From the NCBI RefSeq assembly GCF_006345805.1, contig NC_043002.1, forward strand, positions 23,374,001-23,438,000: DNA of 64,000 nt, in the 5' to 3' direction. Positions 13,641 to 24,989 of this stretch are shown here, in pieces. How positions within the stretch are numbered: the first letter of the stretch is position 1; every line of letters begins with the position of its first letter. A program made the translations under genes and the position numbers. The notes under the pieces were generated by a model, which saw only the letters and a program-made list of their open reading frames with translations, searched no databases and was not told the DNA's origin. The stretch is from Octopus sinensis. Its lineage: Eukaryota.

Positions 13641-13913
13641 ATATGCTGTAAAAATTTGCAAGACATTACATATGTTAGGAAAAAAACAAAAAACTTTCTG
13701 TAATAACTTAATGCATCCTTTACACAATTTTCGATATTTTTGTTTATTTTATATTGCTTTGTTTTTTCCTTATTTTAACGGATATTTTTTCGGGCAGTGA
13801 GCTAGAAATGTCTGTTGACCATCGTCTTCGGTTCAACTGCCTTATTCTTATCATTCAAAGTTTGCAAAATATAATTGCTCTTCTTGCTTATATCTTGGAA
13901 GATATGCATAACC

Positions 13914-14073
13914 GCAGGTGTGGTTGTGTGATGAGTAGTTTGGTTCGCAACCGCATGGTTCCCGGTTCAGTTCTACTGTGTGGAACGTTGGGAAAGTGTT
14001 TGCTACTATAGCCTCGGACCAACCAAAGCCTTGTGAGTGGATTTGGTAGACGGAAACTAAAAGAAGCTCGTCC

Positions 14074-14143
<70 letters not shown>

Positions 14144-14404
14144 ATATATATATATATATACATGTGTGTGTGTGCTTATGGGCGTGTACCTTTGCCAGTG
14201 TTTGTCCTCCGCCCCCGCTTGAAAACCGGTGTTGATGTGATTACGTCCCCGTAACTTAGCAGTTCGGCAAAAGATTCCGATAGAATAAGTACGGGATTTT
14301 TTAAAAATAAGTACTGGGGTTCGATTCGTTCGACTAGAGCTCTTCAAGTCGGTGCCCCAGCATGGCCGCAATCTAATGACTGAAATTAGTAAAAGATAAA
14401 AGAG
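13914..14404 (+). mobile_element. SINE family A
   Basis: Head ...CCGCATGGTTCCCGGTTCAGTTC..., GTGAGTGGATTTGGTAGACGGAAAC, internal (TA)n, tail CAGCATGGCCGCAATCTAATGACTGAAA. Confidence 0.85.
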
Positions 14405-14559
14405 TTTTCGGGGTTAACAAACAGTTTCAAAGTTGACGATAATGTTCAATGACAAACATGCATACAAGTATTTCAGTTAAAAAGGACGCCAAAGGTTAAC
14501 TGCAATTTTAAAAGATAACCAGCATCTTCAGGATTAAAAACAAATAATAAAGAACGCCC

Positions 14560-15300
14560 TTATGAGAAAAGGCCCTCGTAATATTCACAGATCCCAGTAT
14601 TATTATTTTCTGGAACGGATGCAAGTTTATCCTAATAGTTTATAGGTAATGTGCCAATGATTTGTATTGGGTTTTTTTTTGTTTTGTTTTTTTTTGGTGT
14701 GAGTACAGAAATGGCTGCGTTTCATTCCAGCTGTGAGGATAGACATATTCCTTAACTGCTATGATGTTTTTCATACAACAGCTAAGTCAATGTAATTTCT
14801 TAGCTTTTCAACTCGTTTCTCCACAGCATTATAGTCATCTGGTATTGATATATCGATAATTAATTCGCCATTGTTATTTCTGTCTCGGAGAACAATGTCA
14901 GACATTTTATATACTATCTTGCGATATGGCCATCCATATGCTACAGTTTGATAGTATCTTTACATTTACTTTTTTTTTTTTTAAATCAGTCGAAGATTCA
15001 TATCAGTACCAGAGAACTTATTCTTGGAGCAGCTGTCACAGTAGCTTTGCTACGGATTTGTATCTTGAAGTGTATTTTGGTGCAGCTGGAGAGCATCCAG
15101 ATATAATATAGAGTATTGTCTTAGCAAATGCTCCACACAGTCTTTATTTGTCATTTATATTGTAATTGAGGATATTATCTTTAATATGTGTAGTTGTCAC
15201 GGCTTGCTATTGAATCGCTAATGTTCTTTCTATTGTCCCATTCAGATCGGCTTTGAGCATCCAGACAAGAGATAGTCTTCATTATTTATAAGAGACATCC
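14560..15300 (-). mobile_element. R4/Dong-like retrotransposon, zinc-knuckle and RLE endonuclease fragment (degenerate)
   Basis: Minus-strand ADLNGTIERTLAIQ.QAVTT..KDNILNYNINDK.RLCG...TILYIISGC (CCHC-like), then SDIVLRDRNNNGELIIDISIPDD (PD..D motif) and EK...Y.DLA. Confidence 0.75.
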
Positions 15301-15498
15301 GGTTTATGGTTGCTTTTCAATACAATTGATGTATGTGCCATCTCTAGGTTCGTTTATGTTTGTTCATTGCAGTTGACTTCTGTGTCATCATTATGTCCGT
15401 TTATGGTTATTCATTGTGGCGGACCTCTGTGCCATTAATATGTCAGATTATGGTTGTTCACCATAATTCACTTCTGTGCCATCAATATTTCCGTGCAT

Positions 15499-16110
15499 GA
15501 AGGCGGCGAGCTGGCAGAAACGTTAGCACGCCGGGCGAAATATTTAGCGATATTTCGTCTGCCGTTACATTCTGAGTTCAAATTCCGCCGAAGTCCACTT
15601 TGCCTTTCATCCTTTCGGAGTCGATAAATTAAGTATCAGTTACGCACTGGGGTCGATGTAATCGGCTTAATCCGTTTGTCTGTCCTTGTTTGTCCCCTCT
15701 GTGTTTAGCCCCTTGTGGGTAGTAAAGAAATAGGTATTTCGTCTGCCGCTACATTCTGAGTTCAAATTCCGCCGAGGTCGACTTTGCTTTTCCTCTTTTT
15801 GGGGTCAATTAAATAAGTACCAGTTATGCACTGGGGTTCGATATAATCGACTTAATCCGTTTGTTTGTCCTTGTTTTTCCCCTCTGTGTGTAGCCCCTTG
15901 TGGGCAGTAAAGAAATAAGAAACGTTAGCACGCCGGGCGAAATACTTAGCGGTATTTCGTCTGTCTTTGTATTCTGAGTTCGAATTTTGTCGAGGTCGAC
16001 TTCGCCTTTCATCCCTTCGAGGTCGATAAATTAAGTATCAGTTGCGTACTGGGATCGATCTAATCGACTGGCCCCATCCCCCAAAATTTCGAGCCTTTTG
16101 ACTAGAGTAG
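15499..16110 (+). mobile_element. SINE family B, tandem trimer
   Basis: Three consecutive units, each with GTATTTCGTCTG...TTCTGAGTTC..AATT...GTCGACTTTGC. The units are joined after ...AGTAAAGAAATA. Confidence 0.9.
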
Positions 16111-16519
16111 AAAAGAAAATCTCCGCTTATGGTTGTCCATCACGGTTATCATGTCTGCTATCAATATCTCCGTTTATGGTTGTACACCACAGTTGTCATC
16201 AGCTTTCCGTTTTTGCTACTGATTTAGGTTTAGACGAACAGTGTGATCGGGACCTTTTGATTGAGTCAAGACAATTCCAAGAAGTCGTGAATATGTGAGT
16301 GTGTTAATGTGAGTATAAGTGTAGGTATGTATATGTAGATATGTTTGCACTCGTGCTATGAGTATACATGTCTCTTCTGTATACGACTGCATTTTTAATA
16401 CTCTTTACATATGTATGTACGCCATTTAAACATATATCATCGAATATGTATTCCAAGATTCTGTCAAATAAAGAATCTTTAAGAATGTTTTATAAACTTT
16501 CAGTAAACCACTAATCGAT

Positions 16520-17010
16520 TGCGTTTGAATGACTGTAAGTTTCCTTTGTTCGAGCTTGAAATATCTCGGCATATCCAGGTTTTTATGAAAATTTGTTCAT
16601 GCATATGGAAGGTAGGAAGTACAAATAAAAGCCTATAGCCAGAATACAAGAGCTGTCAAATTCGCAATGGTACACCATAGATATACTCTTTTCCTGTGAC
16701 TTTAAAACAAGACAGTCAAACCTTCAGGGAAGCTGACCTCTACAACAATGTTTTACTTTTGTTTCCTTCCCATAAAACGATGACAGGTTTATTGTTATTG
16801 GAATATTCCACCAGTATGCATTTGTGTGGTTACGTTCTGATCCTGGTCCTGAGTTTCATGCCTTTGGTATGACCATCAAGACACTCCTTCCTGTGAATAG
16901 TATTGGAAATAATATTGGAAACAGCATTATGTCTCATGGGAAGGTAGTGTATTGCGGATATTTTGGGGCAGTTGTTGATAAAAAGAGATCTTCCTCATTG
17001 GAATAGCATA
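16520..17010 (-). mobile_element. R4/Dong-like retrotransposon, C-terminal fragment
   Basis: Minus-strand INNCPKISAIHYLPMRHNAVSNII...YWWNIPI...NKPVIVLWE...VVEVSFP. Same family as 2330-2600. Confidence 0.7.
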
Positions 17011-17035
17011 ATCGATATTTTACATTTATACGTAC

Positions 17036-17066
<31 letters not shown>

Positions 17067-17463
17067 TGTATGTATGTATGTATGTATGTATGTATCTATG
17101 TATGTAGGTAGGTAGGTAGGTAGGTAGGTAGGTAGGTATTATGTATGCATATGCTATAATTATCTCTTAGATAGCTCAGTTCACTCAGTTGAAACAGGTG
17201 CCACAGGTTAAGAGCAACTTGTAATGGCACCGTCAAATACACAAGCTGTTCGTTAGTTGTTAGCTGTAGTTCTGGGTTCGTTCCCATACCACTGCACGCC
17301 TGGAGAAACCACTCTAATTCCTTTTTCTAGTTATAAGGTTTAACCCATATTTTTGGTCCCAATATTTTATCTTTTAACCAGGAAAGAATGCATCATTCAT
17401 GGCTTTTCGTAGGATATCGTAACTGGTAGGTAGAAAATAGAGAAGGTATCCTCAAACCAAAGA

Positions 17464-17678
17464 GCTGACCCTAGTGTTGGCCCTAGTGCTGCTCTAAGTG
17501 CTGGCCCTAGTGCTGGCCCAAGTGCTGGCCCTAGTGCTGGTCCAAGTGCTGGCCCTAGTGCTGGCCCTGTGCTGACCCTAGCGCTTGCCCTAATGCTGGC
17601 CCTAGTGCTGGCCCTAGTGCTGACCCTAGTGTTGGCTCTATTGCTGGCCCTAGTGCTGGCCCTAGTGCTGGCCCTAGT
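17464..17678. repeat. 12-bp minisatellite (GGCCCTAGTGCT)n, ~18 copies
   Basis: Directly visible. It explains the STRA/GPAL/LALV ORFs. Confidence 0.95.
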
Positions 17679-19882
17679 CCTTTCTGTGAATGGACGGGGC
17701 TTAAATGCACCCAAGTTGCCAAGTGACGATGTTAAACTGAGCAGTATATTGTTTTTTACCCAAATAGGCTATGGCAGGATCTGATCTTAGAAAGCAAAAA
17801 GCTGGAATAAGAACGATAGGGTATTCGGTCTGATGTGCTCACAGTTCCACTAATCCACCGCCTTGGATTCGTACTTTTTTATTGACCCTGAAATAATTAA
17901 AGACAAAATTCGACCTCAGCGGTATTTGAACTCAGAATGTAGCGAGTTAGAACAAATACTGTAAGACATTCTATCCGTGGTTCTAATGACTACCAGCTCA
18001 CCAACTGTTGATCGTAAATTCTAATTTGTAATCATGTAGTGTACAATATGTCGTTTCAGGTTATAGTTGTCGTGGTACAATGATGTTTTCAACAACAGTT
18101 GTTTTGTCAGAGTAGAGAGGTGTTAAATGATTTAAGAGCATTCGCAGATAAAAATCAATCTGAGACATTAGCAATGAGTAGTAGACTTAAGCTGATGCTT
18201 TGTTTAACACCACCACCTGAATCTTGGATCTCTTTGGAGGACTTCAATCTTGCAAGCGTTAAGACTAGATTTCTGGTTGAAGGTAACTTCTTTCCCACCA
18301 GTCCCGGAGACCTAAAAATGGTCATGGTAGCATTCCACCATTTCCCCAAGATCATCACCACAAAACCACCACCACCACTACCCCAAGACCATATCTACAA
18401 TACCACCACCATGCCCTCTAGATCATTGACACAACACCACTAACATCACCTCAAAACTACCTCTACATCAATATCATTATCATCATCATAACGCCACCAC
18501 CCATCATAGCTCGCAACAAAATCTCCACCCGTCAATATACCACCACGAACATCACCACAACCACAGAACTTTGCAGCTCGGTTAAACCGTCACGATAGAT
18601 TAAACATATTAACACGCTAAGAGCAGACGGCGTTGCTGTTTCACTTCAGAGTGCAACTGCTAGTTTACTTCATCGATAAATCGATTGGCGCAGAATGCAA
18701 TAGCTATAGTGTATTTGTTGCCTTGGTGATGCAGTCTTCAGGTGATTTCTTTTTCTCTCTTCTTCTCTTTTATTTTTTTCTTCAAATCATCCATCCATCT
18801 CTTGTATTTCCCTCACACATCACACTTCGTTCCTTCGTTTCCTTCCCAAAATACCAGTATTGATCTCCTGTGGTCGTCTGCAGTTTATCATTTTCTTTAT
18901 CACAAACAACAACCATCAACACCACCACTCGTAGCAGCAACAACATCAACACCAACAACAACTACCGACATAGTTTCAAGACTGCCATCAGCACCAACCA
19001 TCAAGACCCCCATCAGCAACAACAACAACAACACCATCAACGCCACTGCCCTCAACACCTCAACAACTCGACCATTACCACCAACACCAACCATCAAGAT
19101 CGCCATCAGCAATAGAAAAATCATCAACACAACCATTAACACCACGATAAGCAACAATACCAACATCACCATATGGCACTGTCCTTCCTCAATACCACTA
19201 TCATACAATACCATCGTCACCAATACCACGTACATAGTTCCACCTTCGACATCGCCACCACAAAACAATACAAACACCATTAGATACCACCAAAGCCACC
19301 ACCACCACCATCACCATGCAACAGCAACACCACGAAAAACCACCACCATCACACAATACTATCACTACCCAAACTGATGAGACTGATGCGGTTAATGTAC
19401 ATCTGTCAGTCAATGTCCGCTCACAAAAGAATAGTGTAGAGAAAATTCCAGAAGGTTACTGAAGTGGATGCAGGAGATACATAACTAACTGTGACGATAT
19501 CATCTCGGATATGATTATGCATATATTCTGATATACGTATATGTGTTCTTGTGCATATGTGTGGCTTATATCTGGAATTCAACCCTTGATTGAGCTGTAG
19601 TGGTATCTCATGATATACAACACGATATTTCAGGTAGAGTCCACCAATTTCCGAGTCAGAACACAACTGATTTCTTCCAGAGAACCTCATTATGAGATAG
19701 AGGAAGAGATAAGAAGTGTCTACTCCAGTACTAGTAATTCATTATCGACCTCCAAAATGATGAATGATAAAATTGACTTCGGCAAGATTACAACTCGAAG
19801 CTCAGGAAGTCAGAATGAATATCGCCAAGCATTGTATCCGATGTTCTAACAACACTGCCAGCTTACTGCCTATGGATGAACT

Positions 19883-20815
19883 TTGAGTGCATTTGTATGC
19901 TTAGCCGGAATACTGCAGGGAGACACACTCGCCCCATTTATTTTCATCGTTGTCGTTGACTATGTGCTACGTATGTCAGTTGATGCCATCTCTGGCAAGG
20001 GCTTTGAAATAAAACCAAGAAGAAGTTCCAGACACCCAGCTGAATACTTGACAGACACTGACTTAGCTGACGACATCGCTCTTATCAGTGATTCTCTCTC
20101 CAATGCCCAGTCTCTTTTACAATCTCTCGAACAAGCCTCAAATTGTAGAGGTCTTTACCTCAATGAGGCCAAGACTGAATATATAAACAAGTGCCTGTCC
20201 AACAGTGATTGCATCATCCATACTCTCAACAATGCGCCCTTAAATATGGTTTCTGATAACAAATATCTTGGGTCATACATATCACCATCTGGAAAAGACT
20301 TTCTAACTAGAAAGGGTATGGCCTGGTCAGCCTGTAATGACATGCATAAGATCTGGTCATCAAATCTAAGTAGAGACTTCAAACTTGAAATCTTCAAAGC
20401 CACAGTCGAACCAATTCTACTATATGGCTCAGAAACCTGGACGTTATCAAAGAAGCTTGAGAGGCGGTTGGATGGAACCTACACTCGCCTCCTTATGAGA
20501 GCTCAAAATCTCTCGTGGAGGCGCCATCCAACCAAAATGCAAATATATGGGAAACTACCACCTGTGTCATCTCTTGTGAAAGGTGGGAGAGTCCAGTTTG
20601 CTGGACATTGTTGTAGAGCTGAAAAAGAAGTAATTTCTACTCTCCTCCTCTGGGAGCCATCTACTCGCAATGCCAGGGGGTGCACACTCTCCTACCCTGA
20701 TGTAATCTCCAGGGATACAGGCATCCAGCAACAGGACCTCCGTAATGCCATGATGGACCGTGAAGTCTGGCGTAGCATAGTAAATTCCATTGTCTCGACC
20801 ACGGTCGAACAATGA
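19883..20815 (+). CDS. RTE-clade LINE reverse transcriptase, C-terminal part (5'-truncated, not a real start)
   Basis: Uninterrupted 310-aa ORF with AGILQGDTLAPFIF (RT domain 4), TDLADDIALIS (YADD-like), GLYLNEAKTEY, YLGS, LLYGSETW and the RTE C-terminal DR..WR motif. Confidence 0.9.
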   Translation: MSAFVCLAGILQGDTLAPFIFIVVVDYVLRMSVDAISGKGFEIKPRRSSRHPAEYLTDTDLADDIALISDSLSNAQSLLQSLEQASNCRGLYLNEAKTEYINKCLSNSDCIIHTLNNAPLNMVSDNKYLGSYISPSGKDFLTRKGMAWSACNDMHKIWSSNLSRDFKLEIFKATVEPILLYGSETWTLSKKLERRLDGTYTRLLMRAQNLSWRRHPTKMQIYGKLPPVSSLVKGGRVQFAGHCCRAEKEVISTLLLWEPSTRNARGCTLSYPDVISRDTGIQQQDLRNAMMDREVWRSIVNSIVSTTVEQ

Positions 20816-20832
20816 TGATGATGATGATGATT
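19900..20832 (+). mobile_element. 5'-truncated RTE LINE with (TGA)n tail
   Basis: The RT ORF ends at the stop codon and is immediately followed by the TGATGATGATGATGATGA tail typical of RTE elements. The upstream sequence is unrelated SINE. Confidence 0.92.
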
Positions 20833-21114
20833 AAATATGTAAATGCGTATGTCGCTTAGTCACAGGTCAGCCCAAGAACTCTTTTCACCATTTATGCCAC
20901 GTAGGTAGGCGGGCGAATAGGTTTATAGTCTATGCCTACATCCTCAAAACAATAACTGTACACTCAACAAATTTTCAAATATCATTACAGCACGTGGCTA
21001 AACTGTATTTCTTATCTTATGTTCAGAAAAACAATAACATTATTAATACTTCAGAAAACAAACACTGTGCTGAGATGTATATCACCAGCGTTCATTGTAG
21101 GGGTACAATGACGA

Positions 21115-21378
21115 TAATATTCAAACCGAGTCAACTACCATAATGTAAAGTCAATGATGCAGCTTCTACGCTATAACTATCACCAAAATATACAACTAAT
21201 GATGGGACTTCTACGCAATAGCTACCATATAATAAATCCAATGATGGGGTTACTACGCTATAGCTACCACCATAATATACATCCAATGATGGGGTTTCTA
21301 TGCTATAGTCTATTACCGTCATCATAGTAATATACAGTCAATAATGGAGCTTCTACTCTATAGTCATCATAATAATAT
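21115..21378. repeat. ~42-55-bp degenerate minisatellite, left part
   Basis: Units like AATGATGGGACTTCTACGCTATAGCTACCACCATAATATACATCC recur at 21153, 21198, 21240, 21285 and 21340. The array continues after the transposon at 22620. Confidence 0.85.
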
Positions 21379-21379
21379 A

Positions 21380-22619
21380 CAGGGTGTGTAAGATATTTGA
21401 GGACAGGTTTATGTTTATATAAAAGAACATATATCATAACATAACTTTATATATCAAAAATTGCTGTGAGGATAAAAATATACCTTCTTTTCTATGATGT
21501 TATTCAATAAAGCCACCTTCAGCTTCAACAAATGCTTCTATATGAGATGTAAGTCATCTAAATGCTTGAATCAAGTGGTCCTGGTTCATTTTCGACATTA
21601 CTCTGACTATGACAGCTTTCAAAGAATCTTTGGTGTTATGGGTATGTTCATTGACTTCTCTCTCAACAACGCTCCTCATGGATTGAGATCTGAAGAATCA
21701 GGAGGCCAAATGTAAGGGATTATGTGATCAGGAAAATTTTCAGCCATCCCTTCCGGTGTTACTAGAGCCCTGTGTGATAGTGCAGAGTCTTCATGAAACA
21801 CACATGGCCTTCCATTGCATATACACTGTCTATCCAGGGCTTAACAATTATTTCCAGGACCTCAATGTAGGCGGCAGAGTTAACTCTAAGGCCTTATGAA
21901 AAGAAGTAAGGAAGCATCTCATGTCCTTCGTTGCTGACAACTCCTAAAGTCATAACAGTTGCAGGAAACTTTATATGCCTAACACTTGGAACTTCAAAAG
22001 TGTCCGCACATAGCCATCTGTCATTTCTTTTGTTAAGTTTTTGATCTTGGTCGAAGTTTTTCTCGTTTGAAAAAAACTAAATCAAATCTTCTTCTGCTGA
22101 ATTTTTCAGTTTGTTTCAGAGCCTTTTAGATCTGATGTATTGATTTTCTTTTGCTTTCTCTGACGAATTGACCTTTCCTCATCATATAAGACTTATATAT
22201 GATGTCTTCGTGGACAATATATCTGACTGTTCCTTCTGACACATGGAGATCTTTTGCAAATGACCTCATGGACTTTCCTGGACTGCAATCAATGGTCTGG
22301 TGAACTTGCTGGATAAATTCAAGTGTTCTAATGATTTCAGAGCGTTTAGAATGCTTTGATACTGGTGATACGTTTCCGTCTTCAGTCTATAACTCCTTAC
22401 AAACTTTGTAGACGAAAGATCTAGCAACTTTTAAAACTCGAGATATTTCTAAATCGTTATGTTCAGCCTTTATAACCACAATAACAGCATGCCTCTTCAT
22501 TTCTTGAGTAAGCTGGGGGTGTGCCATTATTATTTTCTTAAACAAAGATTATACAGAGTTGGCAAAACATGCAGCAATGACGCAAAAAAGGTACGTCCTC
22601 AAATAATTTACGTACCCTG
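21380..22619 (-). mobile_element. Full-length decayed Tc1/mariner maT-type (DD37D-like) DNA transposon
   Basis: TA TSDs and TIRs CAGGGTGTGTAAGATATTTGAGGAC / GTCCTCAAATAATTTACGTACCCTG. The minus-strand transposase starts at ATG ~22527: MAHPQLTQEMKRHAVIV...FSNEKNFDQDQK...PATVMTLGVVS...VFHEDSALSH...WPPDSSDLNP, with several stops and frameshifts. Confidence 0.9.
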
Positions 22620-22925
22620 TACACCTAATGATGGCGCTTCTACGCTATAATCATCATCATAATACACAATCAATGACGGTATTTTTTCTACGCTATAGCT
22701 TCCACCATTATATACTTCCACTGATTAGGCTTCTAACTTCTAGCCCTCACCAAAATAATTTACAGAAATGATGGCGCTTCTAAGCTATAGCCATCACCAT
22801 AATATACATTTAATAATGGATCTTCTACGTTATAGTCATCATCAAAATAATATACAGTTAATGAAATAGTTTCAATGTTATAGCTGCCACTATATTATAC
22901 ATCCACTGATGGGACTTTCACATTA
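22620..22925. repeat. ~42-45-bp degenerate minisatellite, right part
   Basis: AATGATGGCGCTTCTACGCTATA... units resume directly after the TA TSD. Confidence 0.85.
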
Positions 22926-23380
22926 TCACATCTGCTATAGAGTGGGGGAATATAGAAGTATATATCAATCTCAGTATTTCACTGGTACTTAATTTTAACG
23001 ACTCTGAAATGGTAAAAGGCAATATCAAACTCAGCGGGATTTGAACTCAAAATGCAAGCAACTAGAATTAAATATCACTTGGCATTTTGACCGTTGTCTA
23101 CCGACTCTTCCGATCTACTGCCATAGTAATGCGAAATATAGAATCGTGAGAGCTTTTGGATGGGGGGGTGATGGGGGGCGATGGGGATGGATGGGGATGT
23201 ACCCTGCACATGTGTTTATGTACGTGTATGTACTAGTATATGTGCGTTTCAGCGTATATGTATAAGCATGTATGTGTGTATGTATGTTACGAGGCTGCGA
23301 GTTTACACCTATGTGAATATGTATGCATCATCACTATCTGTTTAGTTGCGCATGTATGTGTATATACATATTTGTGAGTG

Positions 23381-23495
<115 letters not shown>

Positions 23496-24204
23496 GTGGG
23501 TTTGTTGGCTGTTTGTGCGTATTGTTCTCTGTTTGGTTGTTTCCATGAGTGATATGTATATGTTCACTCTCTTTTCAGTGTGAGTGAGAGTATTGTATGA
23601 TATTGAATCATAAGACCCTTAAGATTGGTGATACTGATGATGATAAGGATGGTGGGGGGTCCGGTTCCAATGGAGGCGGCGGCGGTGGTGGCGGCGGTGG
23701 TGATGATGTGTATATGAGTATGCTTGAACGAAAATGTGTACACATATTTGCATATTAATGCATGTGTGTGTGTGTGTGTGTGTGAATGTGTGTGTGCGTA
23801 TGTGTGTATGTGTGTATTTATGGCCGTCAGTGTACGTGTGTGTGTGTGTATCTCTCTCTGTATGTTTCTGTGTCTGCGAGTGCTGTGAATTTGTCTGAAA
23901 TATAGGGTAAAAACATAATATTTGAAGTGAACATATGATAGCCTTGAGATATAATCTAGCATTTTATTTGAAGTATGACAGAAAATAAATTTGGAAACAC
24001 ACCAAATCGATTTAGAAATTGTATGATATATTATCTTGTTCTGCACCAAATTATACTAAACGATACCACACGATATTACATAGTTCTAAACAACCCTGCG
24101 TTTGTAAAGCTCTGCACTACACAACATAGTATTTTTTTATACACTATGTTACGCTACCCTACATTACATCATGTCTAGTTGTTCTATACTACCTTTCGAG
24201 GCTT

Positions 24205-24715
24205 ATTGCACTCACGATAGAAAGATCCCGAGCCGTGAAGAATGTTGCGTTTTTAAGCAAAATCTTCATTTTGCGTTGCTCCAATCACGATCCTAAGATT
24301 CCTGGACCGAGCGATGTGTTATGTTCTCAGAGTAAAATACTTTATTTAACGTTGATCCAGTCACGATCGCAAGATCGTAGATTCGAATCCCGAGCCGTGA
24401 AGAGTGTTGTGTTCTTGAGTAAAATCTTCATTTCACGTTGCTCCAATCACGATCGTAAGATTGTGGTTTCGATTCCTGGACCGGGGGCTGCGATGTATTC
24501 TGGAACAAAACATTTCATTTCGCGTTGCTCCAGTCACTATCACCAGATAGTGGTTTCAACTCCTGGGCTGGGCGGTGCGTTTTGTTTTTTAGCAAAAACT
24601 CTTAATTTCACGTTGCTCCAGTTCACTCGGCTGTAAATTAGTGTCCTTTTCAGGGGAAATGCTGTGATTTCTGTCACTTACACCTGGGTAAATGGCCCTG
24701 TGTGTCCCAGGACTT
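24205..24715 (+). mobile_element. SINE family C, tandemly reiterated 5' part (~5 units)
   Basis: Repeated AGCAAAATCTTCATTT(T/C)(G/A)CGTTGCTCCA(A/G)TCACGATC...GATTCCTGGACCG units. Confidence 0.75.
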
Positions 24716-24989
24716 GAAACAGTAATACTGAGTGGTAGTGGTGGTGGTGGTGGTGATTTTTGTCGTTGTTCTATATTACCCTGCACCACACAACACTGCA
24801 TTACGCTGCATCACGTTGAACGAGTTATAACTACACAATATTATGCTACACTTTCACACACTACACTATACTCCACTATATTTCAGTACACTGCACTATT
24901 TTGTATCACACTGAATCACTCTATATTTCATTACACTCCACTATATGGCGATGCATCATTTCTTTCTTTTTATTGCTTGTTGTCTATGG

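Noticed and set aside
18742-19377. 211-aa Thr/Asn/His-rich ORF resembling a mucin
   Set aside because: It derives from (CAA/CAC/CAT)-rich low-complexity DNA, with no signal peptide, splice context or domain.
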